A stretch of 64,000 nucleotides of DNA from Pleurocapsa minor GSE-CHR-MK 17-07R (GTDB lineage: Bacteria > Chloroflexota > Anaerolineae > Aggregatilineales > Phototrophicaceae): contig JAHHHY010000006.1 in the NCBI GenBank assembly GCA_019359125.1, positions 210,030-274,029 of the forward strand, given 5' to 3'. Under the pieces are notes generated by a model that was given only the letters and a program-made list of their open reading frames with translations, did no database searches and had not been told where the DNA came from. The position numbers and the translations under genes are program-made. Positions 29,603 through 39,646 of the stretch are shown here, one piece after another; positions within the stretch are counted from its first letter, which is position 1, and each line of letters starts with the position of its first letter.

Positions 29603-30202
29603 TTAAAACCCGCCGAATCCGTCGCCATCGCCCCGGTTATCCGGCTTGAGCGCGACCACCTGGTCGAACAGCTCGCTTTCGTCAGAACGCAGGATGTCCC
29701 AGTCTGCAAACGCCCCGGCCAGCTCGCCCTGTTCCGCCAGATAGCGCGGATTCAGCTCTGGTAACTCGCGCAGGGCGGCCACGGTATACGTCTGGTAGAT
29801 GACGCGCCCGCCGGGGCTGACACATTCGCGGATGCGCGGCAGCAGGTCGCGCTGAAAGTAGCGGAACACGCACACCAGGTCATAGGCTTCGGTGGCCAGC
29901 GCGGCCTCGTCCAGGTCCACCTGCAGGAAATTGACGCGGCGCAGGCCCAGCGCATGGGCCTCGGACTGGGCGCGGCGCAGTGCCTCGCGGCTGATATCGA
30001 GCAGGTCGACGCTGTAGCCCTGACCGGCCAGCCACAGCCCGTTCTGGCCGATGCCGCAGGCCAGGTCGAGCGCGCGCTGTTCACCGCGCATGCTCGTCAC
30101 CGGCGGCGTGAACTGAAACAGCAGCGGGTCGGGCGCGGGCAGGGCCACCCTGGCCGCCGCTTTGTAGCGCTCATCCCAGCGTTTGCGGTCCTGTACAGAC
30201 AT
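29603..30202 (-). CDS. Class I SAM-dependent methyltransferase (TehB-like)
   Basis: RWDERY, ALDLACGIGQNG, YDLVCVFRY, LSPGG. The longer ORF-track start is an extension overlapping the upstream gene. Confidence 0.85.
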   Translation of the reverse strand: MSVQDRKRWDERYKAAARVALPAPDPLLFQFTPPVTSMRGEQRALDLACGIGQNGLWLAGQGYSVDLLDISREALRRAQSEAHALGLRRVNFLQVDLDEAALATEAYDLVCVFRYFQRDLLPRIRECVSPGGRVIYQTYTVAALRELPELNPRYLAEQGELAGAFADWDILRSDESELFDQVVALKPDNRGDGDGFGGF

Positions 30203-30209
30203 AAGTGGC

Positions 30210-30968
30210 CTATCCTTTTCCCGCATACAGGGGCAGATATTCCAGCGCGTCGGGCAGGGCGGCCATGCTTTCGGCATCGCCCGGCAGGCTGGAGGCATTC
30301 GGTCGGCGGCGTTTGCGCTCGTGCAGGGCATAGGCATTGCGCAGCGCATCAAAGTCGGGCGTGTGCGGGTCGGGCAGGCCGAAGGCGCTGGTGCAGGCGC
30401 GCAGGCGCTGGCCGGCCTCGCTGTTCCAGTCGGGCGCATCGGGATCGCGCGACGTCAACAGCGACATGGCCGCCTCGCGCTGGTCTTCGCCGCCAGACTT
30501 GCCCAGCAGGGTCTTGCTCATGCGGCTGAACATTTTCTTGGCCTGCCCGGCATCGGGATTCATGCGGCGCACATCGTCGGGCAGCACCGAAAAGATATCG
30601 TCCGGCTGGGCCGCTGTCTGGGCGACCGATGTGCCTGCGGCGACCAGCGTCACATCAGACCGGCCGGATGCGTCCCAGGCCTCGAAACGCGGGCTGTCGC
30701 CGCGCAGGCTGAGCAGCGTGAACGGATGGCGTGCGGCGATAGCGGGCAGCAGCGCATCCTGCACATAGCCGATGGCGCGGATGCTGTCGCCCTGGCGCGG
30801 GCACACGAACAGGCGCACCTGCTCGGCATAGTGCTTTGTGGGCAGGCCGCCAAACGGGTTAAACGGCGTGTAGCCCGCCCCCGTGACGACCTCGCGCAGC
30901 AGCGCCAGCAGGTCGGCCGGCGTCAGCGTCTCAGTTTGGAAATACAGGCACGAAAATGTCATCATCAC
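30210..30968 (-). CDS. Hypothetical protein
   Basis: Long ORF with host-like codon usage, 7 bp upstream of the methyltransferase. Confidence 0.65.
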   Translation of the reverse strand: MMMTFSCLYFQTETLTPADLLALLREVVTGAGYTPFNPFGGLPTKHYAEQVRLFVCPRQGDSIRAIGYVQDALLPAIAARHPFTLLSLRGDSPRFEAWDASGRSDVTLVAAGTSVAQTAAQPDDIFSVLPDDVRRMNPDAGQAKKMFSRMSKTLLGKSGGEDQREAAMSLLTSRDPDAPDWNSEAGQRLRACTSAFGLPDPHTPDFDALRNAYALHERKRRRPNASSLPGDAESMAALPDALEYLPLYAGKG

Positions 30969-31203
30969 CCTGCGTGTGTAAGTGCGCCGCGATTTGGGCT
31001 GGCGCGCATGTCTTTATCCGTATTCAACGGAAGAATGCTACAATGAATTCAGCGAGGCGTGTCTGTAATGATGCCGCAGTCGCCTCTGACTGTCTCTTCA
31101 TTGTAACAAGATTCTCACTGTCAGGCACACGCAGTTGGCAGTAATCTCTGGGTTAAAGCACCATTGTAGACGACGCTGCATTCACTCAATAAGTTCTGGG
31201 ACT

Positions 31204-33957
31204 ATGGCTTTCGACGACTTCGGACGCGTATCGCACGATCTCAACAGTATCATGTTCGAACTGCAGGGCATCGGCCGCCTGCTGACCAGCCGCATGGACG
31301 ACGAACAGGCGCTGTGGGACGAGCTGTACGATCACCTGTACGCCATCTTTCCTGATGTGTCTTTTTACCTCGGGCTGTATCAGCGCGAGACGGGCATGCT
31401 GTCGCTGCCGATCGTGTGCGAGGAAGGCATCCGCCAGCCGTACGAGCCGATTCCGCTGGGGGGCTACAGCCGCGCCGTGGTCGATCTGGGGCGCGAGATT
31501 TTCATCCCTGATGTCGAGGCCGACCCCGAAAAACTGATTTCGATGAATATCGTGCCCGACAGCCTGGAGCCAGGCGGGTGGGCGCGCTCGTGGATTGGCG
31601 TGCCTCTGCGCGGGCAGGACAACGAGGTCTTTGGCCTGTTCAGCGTGAGCAGCGGCGAGCCGAACCATTTTGACGACACCAGCTATAACCTGATCTATGG
31701 CATCGCGTCGCAGCTGGCGCTGGGCATGGAAAACCGGCGCATGCGCGCATCGGACCGGTCGCGGCGGCAGCTTCTGAACGCGCTGATGGAGGCCGGCCAG
31801 GTGGTCGCCCGTGCCAATGACCCGGACGAGGCGCTGGAGACGATCATCGAGCAGCTCTCGCGGCTGGTGGGCGCAGACAGCGCGGCACTGCTGCTGTCTG
31901 AGGGCGAAAGCGCCGTGGGCGAGCGCTACCAGATGTATTATTCGTCGCAGCCGGATGACTTTCCGCGCGGTGGCGTCATCATGCTGAATGCGCGAAATCC
32001 GCTGCGCCAGGCGTTTGTCGCCCGCATGCCGGTCGTCCTCAACGACTCGCAGCGGCATTCCGGCTGGGAAGGCTTTGCTGGCATCCCCGGCGCCGACCAT
32101 CTGCATTCGTGGATGGGCCTGCCGATGGTGGTGCGCGACCAGCCCGTGGGCATCATCGTGCTGGGCAAGGCCGAGCCGCGCTATTACTCCGATAATTCGG
32201 CCAGCATCGCGTTTGCGCTGGCGCGCCAGGCAGCCGTCGCGGTGGACAGCGCCCGCGCCCGCATGAGCTATGAGTCCAGCCTGGACGCCCAGCTGCGCAA
32301 TGCGCGCCGCCTGACGCTGATTCACCGCATCGGCGCGATGATCGCCGCCTCGCTGGACCAGCAGCAGGTGCTGAATACCACCGCCCAACTGCTGACCGAG
32401 CTGTTTGAGGTCGATCACTGCGGCATCATGATGGTCGACGAGACCGGCCACAGCGCGCGCGTCGTGTCGGAGTATCCCGACTGGGGCGTGGCGGGCACCG
32501 CTATGACACTGGAAGACAACGCGAATATGCGCCGCCTGCGCGAAGGCGGGCTGGCCTATTCGGTCAGCGAGACGGAAATTGAGAATCTGGACGCGCCCAC
32601 GCGTGAGGTGCTGGAATCGACCGGCGCCCGCTCCACGCTGTTTGCGCCGCTGATTATCGGCGATGAATTCCTGGGCAGCATCGGCCTGGACAGCACCATC
32701 AAGCCGCGCCATTTCACGGAAGAAGAACGCGAGACGGTGATGACTATCGCCGGGCAGGTGGCGATGGCCGTGCGCAACGCCGCGCTGTACGAAGAAGCTG
32801 TGGTGGCCAACAAGCTGAAGAATGAGTTTCTGGCCAATATCAGCCACGAGCTGCGCACCCCGCTGAACGCGATCATCGGCTACACCGATATGCTGGTCGA
32901 AGGCTTTTATGGCGAGCTGGTCGAGGCGCAGACGGACCGTTTGCAGCGCATCGGGGCCAGCGGCCGGCATCTGCTCAATCTGATCGGGGATGTGCTCGAT
33001 TTCTCGCGCCTGGAGACCGGCCAGGTGGATGCCCACCCGCAGATTATGATGGCCAGCGAGGTGGCCGAGACGACGCTGTCGCGCTACCGCGAGAAGGCCG
33101 ACGCGAAAGGCCTGCGCCTGGAGCTGCGGCTGGGGACAGGCGATTTGTCCGCCTATGCCGACCCGCTGCTGCTGGACCGTGCGCTGGGCAATCTGCTGGA
33201 CAATGCGATCAAATTTACCGATGTCGGCGGCGTGCTGGTGCATGTGCGCCCGGAGCGCATCGTGCATGGCTCGTCTGACAGCGGGCTGCGCCCCCCGGCA
33301 CGGCTGAATGCGGCTGACGGCCTGTGGGTGGCCATCACCGTAAGCGATACCGGCATTGGCATCCCGCCGGACCAGCGCGACGCGATCTTCGACAGCTTCC
33401 GCCAGGTGGACGGCAGCGTGGTGCGCGAATATGGCGGCACCGGGCTGGGGCTGGCCATCACGCGCAAGATGATCGCGCTGCAAGGGGGCTATGTGTGGGT
33501 GGATGCCCCGCCGCCGGGCGGCAGCGCCTTCACCGTGCTGGTTCCTGCCGCGCCCATGCTGGGCGGCGAGCCAGTCAAAGACAATCGCGTGTGCGTGCTG
33601 GCCGTGGACGATGACCCGGAGGCGCTGTATCTGCTGCGCGATTATCTGGACGAGGATGCCTATCAGCTCATCGCCACGACCGACCCGAATCAGGCGGTTG
33701 AGCTGGCGCTGCGCTATGTGCCGAACGTGATTATCAGCGATGTGCTGATGCCCGACATGGACGGCTTTGCGCTGGTGGCGGCCCTGCGCGAACGGCCGGT
33801 GACGGCTGCGATTCCGATCATCCTCATGTCGGTCGAGGACCAGCGTTTGCAGGCGGCCTACCAGAACGTGACCGATTTCCTGATGAAACCGGTCACGCGC
33901 GAGTCGCTGTTGCAGCAGATTCAGGCGGCGCTGACCCGCTCACGCGAAACACGCTGA
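31204..33957 (+). CDS. Hybrid sensor histidine kinase (3 GAF, HisKA, HATPase, receiver)
   Basis: SWIGVPL and SWMGLPM GAF motifs, FLANISHELRTPL, NLLDNAIKFT, DTGIGI, GGTGLGL, LAVDDD...DVLMPDMDG. Confidence 0.95.
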   Translation: MAFDDFGRVSHDLNSIMFELQGIGRLLTSRMDDEQALWDELYDHLYAIFPDVSFYLGLYQRETGMLSLPIVCEEGIRQPYEPIPLGGYSRAVVDLGREIFIPDVEADPEKLISMNIVPDSLEPGGWARSWIGVPLRGQDNEVFGLFSVSSGEPNHFDDTSYNLIYGIASQLALGMENRRMRASDRSRRQLLNALMEAGQVVARANDPDEALETIIEQLSRLVGADSAALLLSEGESAVGERYQMYYSSQPDDFPRGGVIMLNARNPLRQAFVARMPVVLNDSQRHSGWEGFAGIPGADHLHSWMGLPMVVRDQPVGIIVLGKAEPRYYSDNSASIAFALARQAAVAVDSARARMSYESSLDAQLRNARRLTLIHRIGAMIAASLDQQQVLNTTAQLLTELFEVDHCGIMMVDETGHSARVVSEYPDWGVAGTAMTLEDNANMRRLREGGLAYSVSETEIENLDAPTREVLESTGARSTLFAPLIIGDEFLGSIGLDSTIKPRHFTEEERETVMTIAGQVAMAVRNAALYEEAVVANKLKNEFLANISHELRTPLNAIIGYTDMLVEGFYGELVEAQTDRLQRIGASGRHLLNLIGDVLDFSRLETGQVDAHPQIMMASEVAETTLSRYREKADAKGLRLELRLGTGDLSAYADPLLLDRALGNLLDNAIKFTDVGGVLVHVRPERIVHGSSDSGLRPPARLNAADGLWVAITVSDTGIGIPPDQRDAIFDSFRQVDGSVVREYGGTGLGLAITRKMIALQGGYVWVDAPPPGGSAFTVLVPAAPMLGGEPVKDNRVCVLAVDDDPEALYLLRDYLDEDAYQLIATTDPNQAVELALRYVPNVIISDVLMPDMDGFALVAALRERPVTAAIPIILMSVEDQRLQAAYQNVTDFLMKPVTRESLLQQIQAALTRSRETR

Positions 33958-33968
33958 GCAGCGGCCTG

Positions 33969-34349
33969 ATGGATGCATGCAGCGAGCCGCTGCCGCCGCG
34001 CGCGCAAGAGGCGATTTCCCTGTTCAACAGCGGCGAATACTACCTTCAGCATGACCTGCTGGAGGCGCTGTGGCGCGACGAGCCGCGGCGCATCCGTGAT
34101 TTGTACCAGGGCATCCTGCAGGTGGGGGTGGCCTATTATCAGGCGACGCGGGGCAACCGACGCGGCGCGGTCAAGATGCTGCTGCGCGCCGAACGCTGGC
34201 TGGCCGACCTGCCCGATGTCTGCCAGACGGTGGATGTGGCCGCGCTGCGGGCCGATGCCGCCCGCGTGAAGGCGGCCCTGCTGGCCCTGCGCGATGACGA
34301 GATGGACGCGTTTGATACGGCGCTGTTTCAGCCCGTGAAGCGGGCGTGA
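33969..34349 (+). CDS. DUF309 family protein
   Basis: LFNSGEYYLQHDLLEALW...YQGILQVGVAYY. Confidence 0.85.
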   Translation: MDACSEPLPPRAQEAISLFNSGEYYLQHDLLEALWRDEPRRIRDLYQGILQVGVAYYQATRGNRRGAVKMLLRAERWLADLPDVCQTVDVAALRADAARVKAALLALRDDEMDAFDTALFQPVKRA

Positions 34350-34397
34350 GCCAGGCCCAGCCTCGTCCGGCCTGAAATTAAATGGGTTTTGCCAGCG

Positions 34398-34461
34398 CGG
34401 ACACGGCAGGCCGTGTCCCTACACGGGCAACCATTTGTAGGGACGAGGCCTGCCTCGTCCG
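34398..34461. repeat. Inverted pair of GTAG-type REP sequences
   Basis: CGGACACGGCAGGCCGTGTCC-CTAC ... GTAG-GGACGAGGCCTGCCTCGTCCG. Confidence 0.85.
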
Positions 34462-34501
34462 TTCCTCAAGAGAGAGAATCGGACAAAGCGCGTGGTGAGT
34501 T

Positions 34502-36166
34502 TCACCCGCCCCCTGAAACGATGCGTTTGCCCAGCCGCCACGCCGGGATCAGCGCGACGATGCAGATAATCGCGCCGACCAGGTTGATTTCGCCCAGCAC
34601 CTGCACGGTCAGGCGCGAATACACGTCGATGGCGGCAAACGGATCGACCACCTCGGCGCCCAGCTCGGCGGCGGCCAGGATGCCCAGCCGCTGCGACGCC
34701 AGCGCCGTCAGCAGGCTGATGCTGATGGTCATGCCCAGCAGGCGCATGATGATGACCAGCGCCGAGGATGCGCCCAGCCGGTCGTCTTCGGCGTCGTTGA
34801 TGACCGCCGCGCTGATGGGCGAAAAGGTCAGGCCGATGCCGATGCCGACGATCGCCATCTGCACCGCGACCAGCGCGTCGCTCATGTCCAGCGTCCACGT
34901 GCGCCAGATCAGCAGGAAGCCGATGAGCGCCAGCCCCAGCCCGATGCTGGCGGCGCGGCCATAGCCCACGCGGGCGGCCAGCCAGCCGCCGGGAATCGCC
35001 GCCAGCGCCATCGGCACGGTGAACGCGCTGAGCAGGATGCCCACCTGCAGGGCGGCCGCGCTCAGGTTGGTGGCGTCGGCTACGCGGATATTGACCAGGA
35101 TGGGCACGCTGACCAGCCCGATCATCAGGCAGAAGCCCACCAGCAGATTCACCAGCGAGCCGCGCCCGGTGCTGCCGCGCACGATGCGCCGCAGGTCAAA
35201 CAGCGGGTACGGGTGGCGCAGCTCCACGAACACAAACGCGGCGAACATGACAGCAGCGGCGGCCAGCAGCGGCGCGGCATAGGGCGGCAGCCCGCCCAGG
35301 TCAGTGAACGAGCTGGCGCTGGACGAAATCTCGATATTGGCGCCCAGGCCGAGCACCAGACAGGTGATGGATCCGGCGATGAGCAGCGCGCCCAGCAGGT
35401 CAAAGCGCGCCTTGCTGCGTTCGTGTTTGACGCCGCGCAGGGCGAAAGCAGTCACGACGATGGCGATCAGCGTGACCGGGATATTGATCCAGAACAGCCA
35501 GCGCCAGTCGGGGACATCCCAGTTCAGCCCCAGCGAGGCGAACAGATTCTCGAAGCCGAGCGCGTTGGCGGCGAAAAAGTTGACCATGATGCCGCCGTAC
35601 AAATGGCCGAGTACCCAGCCCAGCGTGTCGATCGCGCCGATGATGCCCAGCGGCTGGGCACGCTTCTCGCGCGGGAACATGTCGCCCACCAGCGCCAGGC
35701 TGACCGGCACCAGCGCGCCAGCGCCCAGCGCCTGCACGATACGCCCGATGATGATGGTGATGAGGGCGATGCCGCCTGCGTCCGGTCGTTCGCCGGTGAT
35801 GCGGAAGGCCGCGTTATACAGCCAGCCTGCGATGCCGCTGCGCGCCTGCGGATCGACCTCGGCGACGATGAACGAGCCGATCAGGAAGATGACCAGGCAG
35901 GCGAAATAGGTGCGGCGGCGGCCGATGATGTCGCTCAGGCGGCCCATAAACGTCATGCTGACGGTGTAGGCCAGCAGATAGCCGGTCACGACCCAGGCCG
36001 CGTCGTCGATCACGTTCTGGATGGGCAGCTCCAGCTGGACGATGATTTCCGGCAGGAACGCCGAGACGATCGTCAGGTCCAGCGAGCCGATGAACACAGG
36101 GATGGCGACCAGCAGCAGAATCAGCCATGGATTCGGGCGGGCGCGCGATGTCGTCACGGCGCTCAT
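34502..36166 (-). CDS. MFS transporter, DHA2 type, P55/Rv1410c-like
   Basis: LDLTIV, WVVTGYLLAY, GRLSDIIGRR, WLFWINIP; about 14 TM segments. Confidence 0.9.
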   Translation of the reverse strand: MSAVTTSRARPNPWLILLLVAIPVFIGSLDLTIVSAFLPEIIVQLELPIQNVIDDAAWVVTGYLLAYTVSMTFMGRLSDIIGRRRTYFACLVIFLIGSFIVAEVDPQARSGIAGWLYNAAFRITGERPDAGGIALITIIIGRIVQALGAGALVPVSLALVGDMFPREKRAQPLGIIGAIDTLGWVLGHLYGGIMVNFFAANALGFENLFASLGLNWDVPDWRWLFWINIPVTLIAIVVTAFALRGVKHERSKARFDLLGALLIAGSITCLVLGLGANIEISSSASSFTDLGGLPPYAAPLLAAAAVMFAAFVFVELRHPYPLFDLRRIVRGSTGRGSLVNLLVGFCLMIGLVSVPILVNIRVADATNLSAAALQVGILLSAFTVPMALAAIPGGWLAARVGYGRAASIGLGLALIGFLLIWRTWTLDMSDALVAVQMAIVGIGIGLTFSPISAAVINDAEDDRLGASSALVIIMRLLGMTISISLLTALASQRLGILAAAELGAEVVDPFAAIDVYSRLTVQVLGEINLVGAIICIVALIPAWRLGKRIVSGGG

Positions 36167-36966
36167 GCGTCGGGCGTGCTTTCGGCTGTCGCTTCAGGCG
36201 TGGCTTCAGCGGTGGCCTCGGCCTGGGTAGCGCCAGCCCCCGGCGGAACATCGAGCGCGGGCGCCGCGTTGATGTCGGTGATGTCAATCGTCCACACGCG
36301 CGGCTCGTCGGCCTGCGAGCCATCGGCCCACTCGGTCTCGGTCAGGGCGATGCGCGCCGGATAGCCGGTTTCGGTCTCGATATACAGATCGATCTGCGGG
36401 GTGCCGCTGACGCCGATCAGCCCCACCAGCAGCGAATTGACCGCGTCGCCGGCCACGGTGCCGCGCAGATGCTGCACCGACATGCCCGTCTCCAGCGATT
36501 CCTCGCCCATGTAGGCGATGTCGATGACCGCGCCCAGGGCGGCCTGGAAGCCAGTGTCCTCGGCGATCAGCGTTTGCGGGTCGAAGCCGGGCGCGAAGGC
36601 CGCATTGACCCAGGTGTTGCCGGTCCAGATAGCGCGGAACCACTGGTCCAGCCCCTGCGCGAATACATCCACATCCACGGGAATCCCCGCCGCGCTCACG
36701 CGGACGGCTGCCTGCATCGTGCCCGGCGTCACATACTGGGCGGTGGCCCGGCGGAACAGCACTGCGCCGAAGTCGGTATAGATTTCATAGTCGGGGCCGG
36801 TCTGCGTCACATCCAGGCGAAAAGTCTCGGCGCTGCGGATGAGCGTGGCGGCCTGCGTGGTCAGAGTCAGGGGGTCGGGCGTGGCCTGGCGGGACGTGTC
36901 ACCGCCGGAACAGGCGGCCAGCACTCCGGTCATCAGCATCAGTCCCGCGAGAAGCAGTTTTTTCAA
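36163..36966 (-). CDS. LppX/LprAFG-like lipoprotein
   Basis: TTG start, lipobox VLAAC, LolA-like beta pattern (GEESLETGMSVQHLRGTV...LYIETETGYPARI); coupled to the MFS gene. Confidence 0.75.
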   Translation of the reverse strand: MKKLLLAGLMLMTGVLAACSGGDTSRQATPDPLTLTTQAATLIRSAETFRLDVTQTGPDYEIYTDFGAVLFRRATAQYVTPGTMQAAVRVSAAGIPVDVDVFAQGLDQWFRAIWTGNTWVNAAFAPGFDPQTLIAEDTGFQAALGAVIDIAYMGEESLETGMSVQHLRGTVAGDAVNSLLVGLIGVSGTPQIDLYIETETGYPARIALTETEWADGSQADEPRVWTIDITDINAAPALDVPPGAGATQAEATAEATPEATAESTPDA

Positions 36967-37165
36967 GGGAGGCCTTTCTGTGCCTGTGCGTGCGTGATCG
37001 CCGCGTATTATAGCGTATACCCGTGTACGTGAGGCTGGCCCGGCAGGTTGCACGACACCCAAAAATCGGGGTGCCTCGCGAATATACAGCGCGTTCTCAT
37101 ATGCCCCTAAGTGAAATTTGTCACAATGTAAGGGTGTCGTCCGACAGGTAAGTGGAGATAGCGTA

Positions 37166-37696
37166 ATGTTTGCAGTGCGACAGTTCAATCAGATCGACCG
37201 GCGCGTGACCGCGTGGATGGCCCGCTATGGCATCCTGTTCCTGCGCGTCAGCGTGGGCCTGGTGTTTTTCTGGTTTGGCATCCTCAAGTTTTTCCCCGAC
37301 ATGAGCCCGGCGCAGGACCTGGCCGCCCGCACCATTGAGACGCTGACGTTTGGCATCGTGGGGCCGCAGCTCTCGCTGCCGGTGCTAGCCGCCTGGGAAG
37401 TGCTGATCGGACTGGGGCTGATTTCGGGCCGCTTCATGCGTGTCACGATTTTGCTGCTGCTGGCGCAGATGGCTGGCACGATCACGCCGCTGTTCCTGTT
37501 CCCGGCGGAAACCTGGACGCAGTTCCCGATCGCGCCCACGCTGGAGGGGCAGTACATCATCAAGAATATCGTGCTGGTCAGCGCGGCGCTAGTGATCGGC
37601 GCGACGGTGCGCGGCGGGCAGCTCACCTCACGGCCGGTGATTCAGCAGGCCGAGGAACCGGCTGAAGAGGGTACGTCACTGAAGGCGCACGCCTGA
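37166..37696 (+). CDS. DoxX family membrane protein
   Basis: LRVSVGLVFFWFGILKFF...EGQYIIKNIVL. Confidence 0.85.
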   Translation: MFAVRQFNQIDRRVTAWMARYGILFLRVSVGLVFFWFGILKFFPDMSPAQDLAARTIETLTFGIVGPQLSLPVLAAWEVLIGLGLISGRFMRVTILLLLAQMAGTITPLFLFPAETWTQFPIAPTLEGQYIIKNIVLVSAALVIGATVRGGQLTSRPVIQQAEEPAEEGTSLKAHA

Positions 37697-37702
37697 GCGC
37701 GT

Positions 37703-38557
37703 TTATGCGAACGCGTGGCCGGCGATCAGCGCCGCGATAAGCTCGCGGGCGTCCTCGTCGGGGACATGGCCGGTCACGCGTTCGTAGGCGGTCAGCGCGT
37801 CGTCGCTGCTGGTCGCCGAGTCGGTCGTGACGGCGCAGGCGGCGCGCATTTTCGCGATGAGCTCGGCCATCGAGTCGGCAGAATTCGGTTCGCGGCCGTG
37901 GCCCTCTACGAACACCGATGCGCCAAACGACGCAATCCGGTCCAGCAGAGGCAGCAGCTTCGCGTGGGTGAGGTGGCGCACGGGCGCGTAAATGGCATCA
38001 TACAGGCAGTCGCCCAGCACCAGCACGCCGTCTTCGGGGATGTGCATGACGCAGGCGTCGGCCGCGTGGTCGCCGCCGACAAGATGAATCTCGCAGGTCA
38101 CGCCGCCCAGGTCGAGCGACAGATGGCCGTCGAACACGATATCGGCCTGGGCGATGCGCACGTGGCGCGGCTCGGGCAGCTCCAGCAGGATATTTTCCTC
38201 GCAGAAGGCGATTTCCTCGCCCGACTGCACGCGTGCCGCCAGCGCGGCATTGTCCCACGACTGGCCGGCCATCACGCGCAGCTGCGCGGCTGTCTGGCGC
38301 TGGGCGATGACCGGCGCGCCGATTTCTGCCGCGCCAAACACATGGTCCCAATGCCAGTGCGTCAGCGCGACGAAGCGCGGCGCTGGAATGTCCTCATCAC
38401 GCAGCTCATCCAGGAACAGGCGCGCATGCGCGTCAGACGCGGCGGCGTCAAGCATGAGCGTGCCGCGTGAGCCGGTGACGGCGCACAAGGCGGGCCGGTC
38501 CGGGTCGTCGGCAGGCATGTACAGCACGTGCGGGGAAAGGCGCGAGAGAGTGAGCAT
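37703..38557 (-). CDS. MBL-fold metallo-hydrolase
   Basis: THWHWDHVFG, GGDH, LGD, EGHG. Confidence 0.85.
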   Translation of the reverse strand: MLTLSRLSPHVLYMPADDPDRPALCAVTGSRGTLMLDAAASDAHARLFLDELRDEDIPAPRFVALTHWHWDHVFGAAEIGAPVIAQRQTAAQLRVMAGQSWDNAALAARVQSGEEIAFCEENILLELPEPRHVRIAQADIVFDGHLSLDLGGVTCEIHLVGGDHAADACVMHIPEDGVLVLGDCLYDAIYAPVRHLTHAKLLPLLDRIASFGASVFVEGHGREPNSADSMAELIAKMRAACAVTTDSATSSDDALTAYERVTGHVPDEDARELIAALIAGHAFA

Positions 38558-38572
38558 CGGTTGGCGTCCTGG

Positions 38573-38950
38573 TTACAGGGAAAGCGGGACGTCGAGGCGC
38601 ATCCAGGTGCGGGCGATGCGGAAGATCGTCCCCGGACGCAGGCTGACTTTGCCGCGAATGGTCTTTTTATCGCGCTCGATGAAAGTGCCGTTGCGGCTGT
38701 TCAGGTCTTCCAGCCAGAACGACATCACGTAGGGCTCGGCCACGCTTTCGCTGCTGGTGATGGTTTCGATGTGGCAGCCCAGCCGCGCATGCAGGCGTGA
38801 CACCTGATTGTCGAACGGCAGGTGGATATCGCAGCCATCGCGCCGGCCGATGGTGAGCACCAGCTCCTCGGAAGGCTCTGGCTGTTCAAATCGGAGCGTC
38901 TTGCCGTCCAGCGGGCCGCTCATGAATGTGATCGAGATTTCCTTGTTCAT
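38573..38950 (-). CDS. FHA domain protein
   Basis: TIGRRDGCD, VSRLHA, LEDLNSRNGT. Confidence 0.9.
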   Translation of the reverse strand: MNKEISITFMSGPLDGKTLRFEQPEPSEELVLTIGRRDGCDIHLPFDNQVSRLHARLGCHIETITSSESVAEPYVMSFWLEDLNSRNGTFIERDKKTIRGKVSLRPGTIFRIARTWMRLDVPLSL

Positions 38951-38973
38951 TTGCCTTGCCCGCGTGCTACGAT

Positions 38974-38994
38974 GGGCGACACCCTGTGTCGCCC
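38974..38994. repeat. REP-like palindrome
   Basis: GGGCGACAC-CCT-GTGTCGCCC. Confidence 0.6.
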
Positions 38995-39043
38995 CTTCTC
39001 ACTTCACTGTACCACTTTCCCGCCTGTGTAACCATGTGGTTTT

Positions 39044-39550
39044 TCAGGACATCTCCAGCGCGAACAGGCCCAGCGGCACGCTGCCGAAGGTTGCGGTGCT
39101 GCTTCCGACGCGCCACTGCAATTTGACGGTATGCGCCCCGGCGGCCAGCGCGCGCACGCCGACGAAGCACACGGCGCTGTGCTCTCCCGCCGTGCCGGTG
39201 GTGACATGCACGCTGCCGGCCGAGACGCCGCTGATGCGCGCGCCGTCCAGCAGCAGGTCGAAGTAGCAGTTCACGCCGCCAGCCGCCGCGCTGACGCTGC
39301 CCGAAAAGCCGAATAATACAGGCGCGCCGGTCGTCGTCAGCGCGAGGGACAGATTGGTCGCGTCGACATCGACAAACGAGGTGCTGGAGGTGCTGTAGCT
39401 GGCGACGCTGAGGGCGGATGCGCTGGCTGCTGGCGTCTCGACGCGGGCTTTGAGATGCTCCAGATTATCGCGCAGGTGGGTGTTCATCAGCGTGCTGGTG
39501 ACGACTTCGCCGGTCGTCCATGTGCGTGGTGCGGTCCAGATATCGGGCAT
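39044..39550 (-). CDS. Phage tail-associated-like small protein
   Basis: WTAPRTWTTGEVVTSTLMNTHLRDNL N-terminus followed by a beta-sandwich-like region; RBS AAGGAG. Confidence 0.6.
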   Translation of the reverse strand: MPDIWTAPRTWTTGEVVTSTLMNTHLRDNLEHLKARVETPAASASALSVASYSTSSTSFVDVDATNLSLALTTTGAPVLFGFSGSVSAAAGGVNCYFDLLLDGARISGVSAGSVHVTTGTAGEHSAVCFVGVRALAAGAHTVKLQWRVGSSTATFGSVPLGLFALEMS

Positions 39551-39569
39551 GGGAAGCTCCTTAAGGGAA

Positions 39570-39639
39570 AGTGCTGAGTACTGAGTGCTGAGTGCTGAGT
39601 GATGCGTGACGAGTAATAAGTAATGAGTAATGCGTAAGG
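39570..39639. repeat. Degenerate 7-bp tandem repeat (AGTGCTG, about 10 units)
   Basis: AGTGCTG AGTACTG AGTGCTG AGTGCTG AGTGATG CGTGACG AGTAATA AGTAATG AGTAATG CGTAAGG. Confidence 0.85.
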
Positions 39640-39646
39640 GATAAGG

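Noticed and set aside
29603-30439. 278-aa version of the methyltransferase ORF
   Set aside because: The N-terminal extension is an alternative frame of the upstream gene; the ATG at 30202 fits the family start.
31186-33483. Long antisense ORFs (also 4817-6166, 27805-29214, 42826-44298, 47906-49711)
   Set aside because: They lie opposite well-supported genes in high-GC DNA and show no protein motifs.
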